Source of the DNA: Octopus vulgaris | Lineage: Eukaryota | Assembly (NCBI GenBank): GCA_951406725.2 | Contig: OX597829.1 | Span: forward strand, 39,122,001-39,186,000 | DNA length: 64,000 bases | Direction of reading: 5' to 3' | In this document: positions 42,531 through 56,646 of the stretch, one piece after another | How the letters are laid out: each line of letters starts with the position of its first letter | Numbering within the stretch: the stretch's first letter is position 1 | Translations under genes and position numbers: made by a program | The notes under the pieces: model-generated | Database searches by the model: none | The model's input: only the letters and a program-made list of their open reading frames with translations | Told to the model about the DNA's origin: nothing

Positions 42531-43284
42531 TATAAGATGTTCACAAAATGATTTGGATAGGTGTCAAGGTTGTTGGTTTATATGTTTCTCCCTAGGTGAT
42601 CATTGTTTTATAAGCAATTTGATTTGTATATGCAGATTTTAACTCTTGTGCTTTATGCAAATAGAGTTTGTGGGCTTATGTGTTTATAAATATTTCTTCA
42701 ATTCTGTTTCAAACATAGATATTTTCTATGTTATTTTAGGCATCTGGATATATGCCAAAATGGAGCATTATAAAATATGTATATATATTCAGGTACGAAG
42801 AAGAGAAAAATAAAAATTTAAAAGAAAAAAAGATTTTAAAAAAAAAAATTTATGAAAAAAATTTAAACCAAAAGAAAATTGAAAAGGATTAAAAAAAGAA
42901 AAGTTTTCCAACTTGCTTGCATACAAATATATATTTTCTGTGTGTATGTAGATTTGTGTACTTATGTTAGGAAATCTTTTGTGGAAACTGTTTGGATAGA
43001 GAAACTTGTAAATAATTTCTAGAGTTGTGTGAAGCTGTGGAAGTGTTATGTATATTATTGGGAGAGGTGGATGAAGAAGAATTGGTGAAGTAGCATGTTT
43101 AGATGTGAGGGAAAAAAAAATTATTCGTTGGAAATGTTTTAGTGCTTTTAAGATTTTATGCATGTATGAAGAGATTAGTTCAGAATTTGGTCCACAAATG
43201 TTGCAGTGTTTGGATACCATTCATGAAGCTTTCATCCTGTTGGTAAAACAAAAAAAATGATCAACAGCAGGTATGCCATGATCA

Positions 43285-43483
43285 ACACACAAACACACAC
43301 ACAAATATACACATATATACGACGGGCTTCTTTCAGTTTCCGTCTACCAAATCCACTCACAAGGCTTTGGTAGGCCCGAGGCTATAGTAGAAGACACCTG
43401 CCCAAGGTGCCACGCAGTGGAACTGAACCCGGAACCATGTGGTTGGTAAACAAGCTACTTACCACACAGCCACTCCTGCGCCT
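43285..43483 (-). mobile_element. SINE family B, 5' half
   Basis: Matches the B head and body. Confidence 0.85.
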
Positions 43484-43518
<35 letters not shown>

Positions 43519-43521
<3 letters not shown>

Positions 43522-44125
43522 TGATGGGTGAATTGTCGCCATTTTATATTTTTAATTTCATGCATGTACATTGTTTCTGATTTTGTCGACTACACAGTAT
43601 GGTAGGGTTAGTTGGGTACTGTCTGTGAGAAAAACAGCACCACGACACAATTCACTACCACCAATTTGGAAATGACCTGCTGTACTGTTTGGCACTTCAT
43701 GCTGGAAGCTCCAATATGAATATTTCAGAGTGTATGGGTATTGATCTGAGGACAGTGCAGTCGGATTCAGAAAGAGTTGGAGATTACAAAGGTACAGCAG
43801 CTCAAAAGACTCACAGATCATTCTGATAAGAAGTCCTGAATTTGTTGGTGAGATTCAGGCCATGATTGACAATGATCCCTCCAAGTCAATCAGGTCCATA
43901 GCCAGAGACATGGAAGTGTCTGAGTTTCTTATCAGGCAGGTAGTGCACAAAGACATTTGGTATTTCTCATACAAGATGAGAAAGGGCCAGTTTTTATCCC
44001 AGACCATCAAGGACAAGAGGAAAGATCATGCTATGAAGCTTTTGAACAAACTCAAGTATCCTCTCCAACCAAACATGCTTTGGTTTTTCTCAGATGAGAA
44101 GAATTTCTGCCAGGATCTGATGGTG
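43519..44125 (+). mobile_element. Tc1/mariner-superfamily transposase fragment
   Basis: HTH DPSKSIRSIARDMEVSEFLIRQVV and first catalytic Asp motif WFFSDEKNF; begins after (TA)n. Confidence 0.85.
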
Positions 44126-44129
44126 AAGA

Positions 44130-45142
44130 AATAGAGAGCCTTGAACGCCTTCCCCTCAGCAGGCTGGCCATTTGGAAGGAGTTGAGAACAGGCATTGCAG
44201 TTGATATTGCACAGATTTTGAACAGGATATTTTTAGAGAGGGGTCCCATGGAAGAACTGCTAATGGACAACGGGGCGGCATTTTGTTCGAAAGCATTGAG
44301 GGATATGCTCAACCAGTGAAAAGTGCATCGCTTGTAAGAGCAGCGTATAGGCCAAGCGGTAACAGAATCATAGAGAAGCACCATCGGACAGTCAAGGCCA
44401 TAGCAGAAAGAAGGCACATTTCGCCGCTGGAAGCAATTTTCTGGTACAACATGTCTCCCCAATCCAGACAAGTCGAAGAATCTGTGCTGCATAGAGCGGT
44501 ATTAAAATATGAATGGAGGCATCCGAGTAAAGTGCCGGAGGGCCACAAGGAAGAGAAGGGACCTGCTTGCATGAAAATAAGGGAGGAAGTCTGGGTTTAG
44601 CCCTCGAAGGCATGCTGTATGTCTCAATGGAGCAGAGGAACGGTGACAGGAGTCAATTCCAGAAACAACGTCTCCGTGGATGAAATGCCGTGATATCTTG
44701 GACCTTTGCAGGACTGTCGCTTCATCGGATGATGATTGTGGAGAGGAGAACAAGGTGCCTAGCCTGAGATCTCGACGCACAAGGTGCCCTCCGGGTTGGA
44801 TGGTGGACTGATGTGGAGCAGAGAGAATGTGATCTTTAAGATCAGGGTGGCGTGTGGGATAACATCAGCAGCTGGGGAGCTGAACGAAACTTGGGGCTGA
44901 CCGGAAAAGGAAAGGGCAGGAGTGAAGCGTGCACAGGCAGAGGAGGATTGGGTCTTTTTGATCGGGGTAGCCGACCAAGCTGGACGTGTGAGCACTTTGT
45001 CAAGGTAGGCGAAAAGCAGCTGCTATTTCTAGCGTTTGGGTCGGGCCACGTGGAAGGGTGCATTACCGCTGGAGAAGTCTGCGCCGACGAAGAGAAGGTA
45101 GGTGTCCTTATTTCAAATCTCCCGCATACACCACATTGGTGA
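44130..45142 (+). mobile_element. Ty3/Gypsy integrase fragment, PPT-like tract and 283-bp LTR (44853-45135)
   Basis: FLERGPMEELLMDNGAAF..AYRPSGNRIIEKHHRTVK..WYNMSP; LTR bounded by TGTGG...CCACA. Confidence 0.85.
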
Positions 45143-45500
45143 ATCATCATCATCATCATCGTTTAACGTCCATTCTCCATGCTAGCATGGGTTGGACGGT
45201 TCGACCGGGGATCTGGGAAGCCAGAAGGCTGCACCAGGCTCCAGTCTTATCTGGCAATGTTTCTACAGCTGGATGCCCTTCCTAACGCCAACCACTCCGT
45301 GAGTGTAGTGGGTGCTTTTTACGTGCCACCTGCACAGGTGTCAGGCGAGGCTGGCAACGGCCACGGTCGGATTGGTGTATTTTATGTGCCACCGGCACGG
45401 AAGCCAGTCGAGGCGGCGCTGGCATCGGCCACGAGTCGGATAGTGCTTTTTACGTACCACCAGACCAGGGATCCTGGCTGGTTCAATTCGATTTTGCTTT
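45143..45500 (-). mobile_element. SINE family C
   Basis: (CAT)n tail and family body. Confidence 0.85.
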
Positions 45501-46627
45501 CGCTATATCTGTTAAAATGAGATATCAGTGTTATTTTCAGTTTTGTGAAATTTAGGCAATTTATTCCCTGCACCCTATACACACACATACACAGCGCATG
45601 TCAAATGTGGAGAATTCTAGTTTTTTTTTTAGATTATCTCCCCTTATATGCAGCCGACCTTAATTGCCATTTGGGAATTATGGCATCCTCTAGCAGCTAA
45701 AGATAATTTTAATAAATCAAGATATATTGTGTGGTTTTTCATATACTTGTATTTGCCTAAGTTGTTCAAATATATGTCCACTGAAAAATTTCGCTTAGCT
45801 CATTTCTGTTCAAACAATGTGTGTGTGTGTGTATGTGTGTGCGTGTGCTATTTTACTTAGTCATCGTAATATTAATAACCAAATCTTAGAACTCAATATA
45901 CTTGTACTTCACAGTAAACCAGCAGGTCAGAGCAGAGCATTATTAATTAATGAACGACAAAAGAGCAAAAGTTACGTTATCACTTTCATTAGCTAATGAA
46001 AGTGATTATGTAACTCCTGTTCTCTCGTAATTAACATATTTATTTCACATTTTTTGCTATGCTTTCATAGATGGAACAAATGTTATTTCAAGTATTGTTT
46101 TACAGCCCATAACCTTTCGGATGCAAGGCATAGTCCAGGAAAGATGAACGGAAGCATAACATCACCATCGCTAGTAAGAGATCAGTTATTCCACATGGGT
46201 TTTGATGCGTGATTCACCTACAGCAGTGATTTTTTAGGGTTGCCACTCCCTTGGCACACAGGCAACATCCCTAGAGCCCACCCACATTCACCCCACCACA
46301 AACCTAGACCTCTTCCTGAAGCAAGTTCAAAACAAATGTATTTCACAAAACTTAACCATTATTTTGGGCTTTTTTTTTTTTTTTTTACATCTGTCGCCCC
46401 TTTCTTGACCCCCCCCCCCATATTATTGCCCCACTTTTCTTTAACATGCCCCTAGATCTTTCTGCCGCCCCCACAGATGGGGAGGGGCACTACTGCCCAC
46501 TTTGGGGATTCATTGGCCTATACTTAAGTCAAAGTGAAAGTTACAATGCCCACATTTTCACGGAAGCACACTTTCATTCGCAAATATGAAAGAATAAAGT
46601 CAGACATACACACAAGGGTATGACTTA

Positions 46628-46858
46628 AGGCGGCGAGCTAGCAGAACCGTTAGCATGCCGAGCGAAATGCTTAGAGGTATTTGGTCTGCCATTACGTTCT
46701 GAGTTCAAGTTCTGCCGAGGTCGACTTTGCCTTTCATCCTTTCTGGGTCGATTAAATAAGTACCAGTTATGCACTGGGGTCAATGTAATTGACTTAATCC
46801 ATTTGTCTGTCCTTGTTTGTCCCCTCTATGTTGAGCCCCTTGTGGGCAATAAAGAAAG
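46628..46858 (+). mobile_element. SINE family A
   Basis: Full head and core; flanking repeat GGTATGACT. Confidence 0.9.
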
Positions 46859-47699
46859 AGGTATGACTGAAGTGAGAAGCTTGCTCCCCAACCGCATGGC
46901 TTCGGGTTCAACATCATTGTGTGGCACCACAAGTTGACCAAAATGTGGTGTGTGGGTTTGATAGATGGAAACACACACACACACATATTTGCCTCTCAAC
47001 TAATTTCCTAAGCTTCTTCCTTCAAATGTTATAAAAGATGTACTTGTGGAAAAGATAAGGGATTGCAAACAAACAGAAACAATGTACAGCTGAAAACAAC
47101 ATCTCAATAGTGTATGTAAATCCAGGGAAAAATGTAAAAACAAGCAAATTTTATATAAATTTACACACACACACAAAAAAAAATCATTGTGAGGTTTAGT
47201 ATATGATTGACATGCAAGAATTAGCAGCTAAAATCTTCATACCAGAAGCCTTGCAAAAACAAAAAGAAAAAAAAAATTCATTGGATAAATACAGTCCTGT
47301 CCTATGTCCATGTCTAACAAAGTAAATATAATAAAATATGTAAAAAAAGAATTAAAAAAAACACTGGTCGTGGTTGAAATACTTTTGATTATACGTCTGC
47401 CTGATCACAATTGACCAAAGACGGGTTCGGTTAAAATAGAAAAATATTTATAGCAAATGTGAAACATTAAAATCCGAGGAAGCTAGTGTTTGTCTGTTTA
47501 GGCCATTCACTATTACTATCACGGCATTCCATCTCCGTCCCCTTAATTTCCCTCAGTCCCCACCACCACCACCACCACACACAAACAACTAGGTCTTAAT
47601 TGAGTAAAATATGCTTCACTTAGAACTAATAAAACTAAAACATGTCTAGCTTTCCCCAATTGGTTCTGAAGGCAATTTTTACTGTCTAGTCTACATTGA

Positions 47700-50600
47700 T
47701 AATTAAAAAAAATATTCTGACATGGCTTTGTGGTTAAGATGGTAGTTTTGCAATCACAGCTTCAGATTTGATTCTACCGTGTAACATGTTGGTTAAGCCT
47801 TTTCATATAGTCCCAGGTTGACCAATGCCTTTATGAGTGAATTTTGGTAAACGGAAACTGTGTGATGCCTGTTGTATGTGGGTGTCTTCATATTAATGTT
47901 TGCTCTACCACCCAGTGTTTCAAGCCTTGGTGTATTTATGTACCAATAATTAACAATTTGGCAAAAAGAGACGTAGAATAAGTACAGACTTAAAGGCGGC
48001 AAGCTGGCAGAAATGTTAAGCACGCCAGGCAAAATGCTTAGCAGTATTTCGTCTGCCTTTATGTTCTGAGTTCAACTTTGCCTTTCATCCTTTCGGGGTC
48101 GATAAATTATGTAACAGTTACATACTGAGGTCAATCTAATTGACTGCTCCCCTCCCCAAAGATTTCGGGCCTTGTGCCTAGAGTAGAAAAAGAATAAGTA
48201 CAGACTTAAAAATATAAATACTGAGCTTGATTTGTTCAACTAAACACTTCAAAGTGGTACCCCAACATGGCCACAGTCCTACAACTGGAAACAGGAAGAT
48301 AATAGATGTTTGCTCGTATTGGAGTCATCTCCCTTATTTGTTATTTATAGATGTGACACCTTCCTTCGGGTAGTTTTGTTAATTGCTAAGATAATCTTGG
48401 TTAATTCTAGTTTTTCAACTCATTCATTACCTAAGTGAGATCCTTACCACATGTGCCATTTAATCTGAAGAACAAACATTCACCCCGAGTGACTAATATC
48501 AACAATATGGATCATCATCATCATCGTTTAACATCCGCTTTCCATGCTAGCATGGGTTGGACGGTTTGACTGTGGGCTGGCGAACCAGATGGCTGCACCA
48601 GGCTCCAATCTGATCTGGCAGAGTTTCTACAGCTGGATGCCCTTCCTAATGCCAACCACTCCGAGAGTGTAGTGGGTGCTTTTTACGTGCCACTGGCACG
48701 AGGGCCAGTCAGGCGGTACTGGCAACGACCTGGCAGAATCGTTCGCACGCCGGGCGAAATGCATAGCCGTATTTCGTCTGTTGTTACGTTGTGAGTTCAA
48801 ATTCCGCCGAGAACAACTTTGCCTTTCATCTTTTCGGGGTCGATAAATTAAGTACCAGTTACGCACTGGGGTCGATGTAATCGACTTGATACCTATGTCT
48901 CTCCTTGTTTGTCCACTATGTTTAGCCCCTTCTGGGTAATAAAGAAATAGGTACTGGCAACGACCTTGCTGGAACTTTTTTACACATGCCAACGGCACAG
49001 GTGCCAGTAAGGTGACGCTGGTAACGATCCCGCTCGAATGGTGGCTCCTACATGCCACCAGCATAGAAGCCAGTTAGCCGCTCTGGCAACGATCACGCTC
49101 AGATGGTGCTCTTAGCACCCTACCAGCACGGGGCACAAGTGCCAGTAAGGCGAAGCTGGCAATGATCACACTCGAATGGAGCCTTTTATGTACCACTGGC
49201 ACGGCAGCCGGTTAGCCGATCTGTCAATGATCACGCTCGTATGGTGCTTGTGCCCGTCATCGAATTTCACTATGATTTTGATGTGTCACCACATCCCTTA
49301 TGTCTCCCATGATTATCATCAATCATCAATTCAACATCTACTTTTCCATGCTTGCATAGATTAGCTGGAATATGTTGAGGCAGATTTTCTACAGCTAGAG
49401 ATGCTTCCTGTTGCCAACCATCACCTGTTTCCAAGTAAGGTAATATTACCACACAGCCAGACATGTTTTCATGGGAAACTGGGAAGAGGACACCCTTGGG
49501 TGTATGATATTCATTTACACCAAAGGTGGTTAGCTGGCAGAAATGTTAGCATGCCGGGCGAAATGCGTAGCCGTATTTCGTCTGCCGTTACGTTCTGAGT
49601 TCAAATTCTGCCGAGATCGACTTTGCCTTTCATCCTTTCGGGGTCAATTAAATAAGTACCAGTTCCGCACTGGGGTTGATGTAATCGACTTAATCCATTT
49701 TTCTGTCCTTGTTTGTCCTCTCTGTGTTTAGCCCCTTGTGGGTAGTAAAGAAATAGGTATTCATTTACACCTATCACATGATGTGAAGACAAAGACACAC
49801 ACACAGACATTTATATTCAAGTGCAAGTGTGGCTGTGTGGTAAGAAGCTTGCTTCCCAACCACATGGTTCCAGGTTCAGTTACACTGAATGGCACCTTGG
49901 ACAAGTGTCTTCTACTATATAGCATTGTGAGCAGATTTGGTAGATAGAAACTGAAAGAAGTCCATTGTACGTGTGTGTGTGTGTACATTGTTTGCCCTAC
50001 CACTGCTTGACAACTGGTGCTGGTGTGTTTACATTCCTGTAACTTAGCAGTTCAGCAAAAGAGACCAATAGAATAAGTACCAGGCTTATAAAAAGTACTG
50101 GGGGTCAATACATTTGACTAAATATTCTTCAAGGCAGTGCCCCAGCATGGCCACAGTCTAACGACTGAAACAAGGACAAAAGGTATATAGACAGACAAAT
50201 TGCTTCAGCAATAACCAAATCCACTCACGAGGATTTGATTGGCCTACAGTCATAGAAGTCTCTCACTCAAGATACTGCAGAATGGGATGGAACCCAATGT
50301 CATGTGGTTAGGAAATAAGCTTCTCAATCACAGCAACCATGCCTGATCCTACATATGCATACACACACACACAGCATGTGTGAAGGTGTAGGCAACAGGA
50401 AGAATAGTGATATTATAAATGGAAAAGGCGGCGAGCTGGCAGAAACGTTAGCACGCCGGGCGAAATGCTTAGCAGTATTTCGTCTGCCACTACGTTCTAA
50501 GTTCAAATTCCGTCAAGGTCGACTTTGCCTTTCATCCTTTCGGGGTTGATTAAATAAGTACCAGTTACACACTGGGGTCGATGTAATCGACTTAATCTGT

Positions 50601-50820
50601 TTGTCTGTCCTTGTTTGTCCCCTCTGTGTTTGGCCCCTTTTGGGTAGTAAAGAAATAGGTATTTCGTCTGCCACTACGTTCTGAGTTAAAATTCCGAGGT
50701 CGACTTTGCATTTCATCCTTTCGTGGTCGATAAATTAAGTACCAGTTACGCACTGGGGTCGATGTAATCGACTTAATCTGTTTGTCTGTCCTTGTTTGTC
50801 CCCTTTTGGGTAGTAAAGAA
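47700..50820. mobile_element. Dense nested SINE cluster (A inside old B at ~47994; C at 48511-49260 with A nested at 48730-48950; A at 49524; B at 49820; internally duplicated A at 50427-50820)
   Basis: TSDs GAATAAGTACAGACTTAAA, GGTACTGGCAACGACCT and TATAAATGGAAA are visible. Confidence 0.85.
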
Positions 50821-51793
50821 ATAGATACTATAAATGGAAAGAGTATGTGTGTACATAGATACAGAAAGTAGAGAAATAGAGATGGGCAGAGGAGACAAAA
50901 GTAATATCAACAAACAGCTTGTTAGTTGGAATCGGTAAATGTGTGTGTGTGTGGGGAGGGGTGCTCACGCAGGTTATAAAAGGTGTAAGGAATATACGTT
51001 TAAGGAATTTGAACCACGTTGTTTATTTTTGAAGCTGTTATTACTTTTCCTGCTTTGGTGGGGGGAGATGTAGGATGAACAAGGCCAAGCAAAGTTCAAC
51101 ATACTCCAAATAACTTAATCCTTCATTCTTCACACACATACATACACACCGTGAAGAGGTAGGTTAACATAGATATAGCTAGAGCAGGTTAAAGGTCAGT
51201 GAAAATTTAAACACACACACACACATATATATATATATATGTATTACTTGTTTCAGTCATTGGACTGTAACCATGCTGGAGCACTACATTGAAGGGTTTA
51301 GTCAAATCGAATCCAGTACTTTTATTTTTTTTAAAGTCATAGTAATTCTATCAGTCTTTTGCCAAACTTCTAAGTTACAGGGATATAAACAAACCAACAC
51401 CGATTGCCAAGCAGTGGTGGTGACAAGCACAAAGAGAGAAACACTTTCTTTCAGTTTTCATCTACCAAATTTACTCAAGGATTTGGTTGACCCAAAACTA
51501 TAGAAGACATTTGCTCAAGGCACTGAACCAAAAGCCACATGGTTAAGAAATTAGCTTCTTGACCATTCTACCACCCCTGAAACTATAATGTTGGTTAGGG
51601 TGGTGATGACAAGAGTGCAGTGATGGTAATAATGGTTTCCTTCTTTGGATTAGGAAACAAAATAAAAATCACTGATTTTATACATAATCTTAGACCTATA
51701 GACATAACAGGTATAGTACAAGACATGGATGGTACCAAATAAAAATCAAAACTTGAAATCTCCCCAAATCCTACCAGAATGATATTGTTTCAA

Positions 51794-52111
51794 TCATCAT
51801 CATCATTTAACATCCGTTTTCCATGCTAGCATGGGTTGGACGGTTCGACCGGGGTCTGGGAAGCCAGGAGGATGCACCAGGCTCCAGTCTGATCTGGCAG
51901 TGTTTCTACAGCTGGATGCCCTTCCTAACACCAACCAGTGCGTGAGTGTAGTAGGTGCTTTTTACGTGCCACTGGCACAGGGGCCAGAGGAGGCTGGCAA
52001 ACGGCCATGATCGGTTGGTGCTTTTACATGTCACCGACACAGACGCCAGTCAGGTGGTGCTGGCATCTACCACGTTCACATGGTGCTTTTTACGTGTCAC
52101 CGGCACGGGTG

Positions 52112-52113
<2 letters not shown>
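51794..52113 (-). mobile_element. SINE family C
   Basis: (CAT)n tail and family body. Confidence 0.85.
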
Positions 52114-52160
<47 letters not shown>

Positions 52161-52989
52161 TAATAATATTAGGGAGTATGGCTCCAAACTTACAGGGAAA
52201 AATTAGATTTAGGATTAAATCAAATTTCACAGTATAGATATAAATTACTTATTACATTATATTTCTTCTTTTTATACTTTTTGGTTTAAAAAAAAATTTT
52301 AAATTAAAAAATTTTTATTTTATATTAATTATATTTATATTTTTTGTTTATGTATTGGTTTATGTCTATCACTGTTTGAGTTGCCTAATAGTGGTTTTAT
52401 CTCTAATTTATATATATATATATTTAATATTAATATTAGGGAAGTTATTTCTTAATATTAAAAAAAATATTACAATATAAACAAAAACATTCAATATAAA
52501 ATTATTGCAATAGAGTTGACCCTAGATAAGGAAATAGATTAAATACAGTGTTGTCAATGATAATGCTATTGTAAGTGCAAACTGATAGAAGAACAAAACA
52601 AAAGGCTTCAATTTCAGACCCTTGTCACTGATTATGTCACATTATCTGCTCTCCTGTATGACACAATCTGTCTCAACCTGTGCGTGCATGTGTGCCATTC
52701 ATTAAATGACTTATTACACACATGTGTTGGACAAATACGTTATCTGAAGCATTGTTTTAGAGCTGGGTGATAAAGGATTTCTAATTCCTCACAGCTTTGG
52801 AGGCGTGAAGTGACCAGACAATGTCCTTCAAGAGAAACTAACAACAACACTGCCACCTACACCACACAAGCAATTTCAGATGTAAACAAACACACACACA
52901 CACACACACACTATGATGATGATCTTCCTTCTATGCACCAAAGCTTTGATCAGACTAGGGCTGAAGGAGACACCACTTGCCCATGGTAC

Positions 52990-53220
52990 CTATTTCTTTA
53001 CTAGCCACAAGGGGCTAAACACAGAGAGGAGAAACAAGGACAGACAAACGGATTAAGTCGATTATACCGACCCCAGTGCATTACTGGTACTTAATTTATC
53101 GACCTCGAAAGTATGAAAGGCAAAGTCGACCTCGGCGGAATTTGAACTCAGAACGTAGCGGCAGACAAAATACTGCAAAGCATTTCGCCCGGCGTGCTAA
53201 CGTTTCTGCCAGCTCGCCAC
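52990..53220 (-). mobile_element. SINE family A
   Basis: Near-identical to other A copies; flanking TTGCCCATG repeat. Confidence 0.9.
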
Positions 53221-53583
53221 ACATTTGCCCATGCAGCAGCACTGAACTTGAAACCACAAGTCTTTTAGAGAAAAAAATGGACAACTGTAGCTCTGAACTG
53301 CTACAACGTCTATACACAGTGTATGTTTAGATGGGAGAGCCTCATTTGGATCCCTTTATAAAATTGTGGGGTTTCATTTATCTCCAGTCAACCTGCTCAA
53401 AGATATCTCAGAATGAAATTGTTGCTGTCCTTGTGTAACTGCTAAGCAGAGTTAATACTCTTAGACATACCTCACTATGAAGTTATGTATAGGAGAATAG
53501 GAGAACCCTGTTATGTATAACAGAATAAGAACAAACTCATCCACTACTGTAGACTTAAAAATAAAGACTTCAGTTCTTTCTGT

Positions 53584-53811
53584 TTAACCCTTTCGTTACC
53601 AACCCGGCTGAAACCGGCCTTGGCTCTGAGTACAAATGTCTTGTTTTCATAAGTTTTGAATTAAAATCTTCCACCAAACCTTAGTCACAATTTATGTTCC
53701 TAACACTAGCTTAATGATAACCAAGTTATTTTACTAAATTCTTTGTTATAGTTAAAGTAATTGAAAGAAACACAGAGCATCTCAACAGAAATGCAGTAAT
53801 GAAAGGGTTAA
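53584..53811. mobile_element. piggyBac-like TTAA MITE (inverted relative to 9221)
   Basis: TTAA-CCCTTTCGTTAC...GTAATGAAAGGG-TTAA. Confidence 0.85.
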
Positions 53812-55697
53812 ACATGCTTCTCAGTTTAAAATTACAGCTGAGGTTTTATGAAACAATAATAAATAACCAAGACATGTAGTGATATGCAGCAAAACCAACC
53901 TGTCCAAACACATGCCTGTATACAAATTGAATTTGCTAAAAACAATGGTGACAAGATGGAGGCGAGAATCACTAGAATGATGTTGGAGTTGTTTACTTGT
54001 TTCAATCATTGGAAAGTGACCATGCTGGATCACTGCGTTGAAGGATTTTAGTTAAACTTATTTAAGCCTGATGTCCGTTTTAGTGATTTCTTTTGTTGAA
54101 CCACAAAGTTACATGGATGTAGAGAAACTGACACCAGTTATCAAACAGTGGTTGGTGACACACTGACAAGGTTTTAAGTCAGCCCAGGACTATAGTAGAA
54201 GACATATACACACATCATTTAACATCCATCCTCCATGTTGGCATGGGCTGAATGAGTTGAGAGGAGCTAGTAAACCAGAAGGTTGCAACAAGCTCCACTG
54301 TCAGCTTTGGCATGGTTTTTACAGCTGGATGCCCTTTCTAATGCCAACCACTTTACAGTGGAATTTGAACTCAAAACATAAAAACATGAAATGCTGCTTA
54401 GCATTTTGTCTGGTTTGCTAACAATTCTACCTGCTCATTGCCTTCGATAAAGTTATAAATAATAGCATGGGTTGAAAAAAAAAACCTCTTTTGGATAGGT
54501 AAATGTCAAATGTTACCCATGCGACACAAACCCACACATTCTGTAGACATGACAGGTGTTTACAATTGGGCTAAAGCAATCCTTCAAATTTCTTTATTCG
54601 TTTTAGAAACTTTACCCTTACCAGTAAGAATTCTATCTTGATAAACACACACACACACACACTGGTTCAAATAGAATATGATCACACCACACTACAAACA
54701 AGAAAATAGCATTGGTAAGGACAATGGAATAAGAATAAACCCCTGCATCCCTGGGGATTTAATAAAGAGTTCAGTTTGAAATTCTGAAATATTCCAACTA
54801 TAACTCAGATGGAAATGCTAGTCTCAATGTATCACATGTAATAACTAAGTCTTCTCAGAATTTCTGATCATAAATATTGTAGCATGAGATACAGTGCATT
54901 AGGTTATTGTTACAGGTAAAAGTACAACAGATTAATGTAGCATGTTGTAATAGAGCACTAGAATTAATGCTGTAGCATGTTATATAGTGTTAGATTAAAA
55001 GCTAAAACATGTTTTATAGTGTTAGAATTATGTTACACAGTTTATTAGATTAATGCTGTAATGTGTTATATAAGGTACTATTTGACAGTTGCTAATCTAT
55101 GTAACAGCCAAGTCAGTAATTTCACTTGGAGTCAGCAGTACTACCTGTTGAGATTCCAGAACAGTTTAGATTGTATACATATGTATATGCAACTATGCAT
55201 TTCCATGTATGTGATGTGCATATATATAGTGCATACATGCATATTGTGTGCACATGTGTGTGCACATGTCTGTGTGCAATATCTGCATTTATGCACATTC
55301 TGCACATGCTTGTGTCTGCATGTTCTACATGTTTTGTGCACTCCTCTATATCCAGATAGTAAGGACTTAGGAAAAAATGTCTCTTCAACCATGACCGTTT
55401 CATTTTTTTTTTTTATCGTTTTTGCAAGCTAACATATGTTTTTGCTTTTTTTTTTTTTTTTAATAAAGTGGTGTGGTTTGTGGGAAAGGAGATTTGGGTG
55501 CTATTTGTAGCTGGTCAAACAACCATATACATATAGCTCATGTTGGCTGGCAGTTATAATAATAGTTGTGCTATTAATGAATGACTGGAATATATTGATA
55601 AACTGGGTGTTAGTCATCAGTACTGGGTGGGATGAATGAGGAATCGGTTATGAGAAAGGCAAGACTGAAGGAGAGGATGAAGAAAGGAAGAAAAATA

Positions 55698-55737
<40 letters not shown>

Positions 55738-56149
55738 AAAGATGAGATATAATAGAGAAAAAAAATGAGGAAATTGAAAGAATGAATAAGAAAATGACAG
55801 GAGAAATGGATAAATGGCAAGGCTGAAAGAATGATGGAATGAAGGAAAAAATGAGGAAAAATGGTGAAAGCAAATGAAAAGGAAGGAATTGTGGCAGAAA
55901 CAGTAATTGTCTTTCTGTGTGTCTCTCTCCGACAGATAGACAGACAGAAAGAGTGAAAGATAAAAGCAAAGAGAGAGAGAGAGAGAGAGACAGCTACAGA
56001 ACAGAGAGAGAGAGAGAGAGAGAGAGAGTAATGTATAAATGTGTATCTTATAAAATTATGTTGGAAACAAGATTCTGCAAACTATCATGAGAGAAATATT
56101 GAAGTAAAAGGGAGACATGACAGAGAGAGCGTGCATATAAGACAAGGCA

Positions 56150-56561
56150 TGAGAGAGAGAGAGAGAGACGGAGAGAGAGAGAGAGAGAGAGACAGAGAGA
56201 GAGAGACAGAGAGAGAGAGACAGAGAGAGAGAGACAGAGAGAGAAAGAGACAGAGATGGAGAGAGAAAGAGACAGAGAGAGAAAGAGACAGAGAGAGAAA
56301 GAGACAGAGAGAGAAAGAGACAGAGACGGAGAGAGAAAGAGACAGAGAGAGAAAGAGACAGAGACGGAGAGAGAGAGAGACAGAGACGGAGAGAGAGAGA
56401 CAGAGACAGAGACGGAGAGAGAGAGACAGAGACAGAGACGGAGAGAGACAGAGACAGAGAGAGAGATACAGAGACGGAGAGAGAGAGAGAGAGAGAGACA
56501 GAGATACAGAGACGGAGAGAGAGAGAGAGAGACAGAGACGGAGAGAGAGAGAAAGACAGAG

Positions 56562-56646
<85 letters not shown>

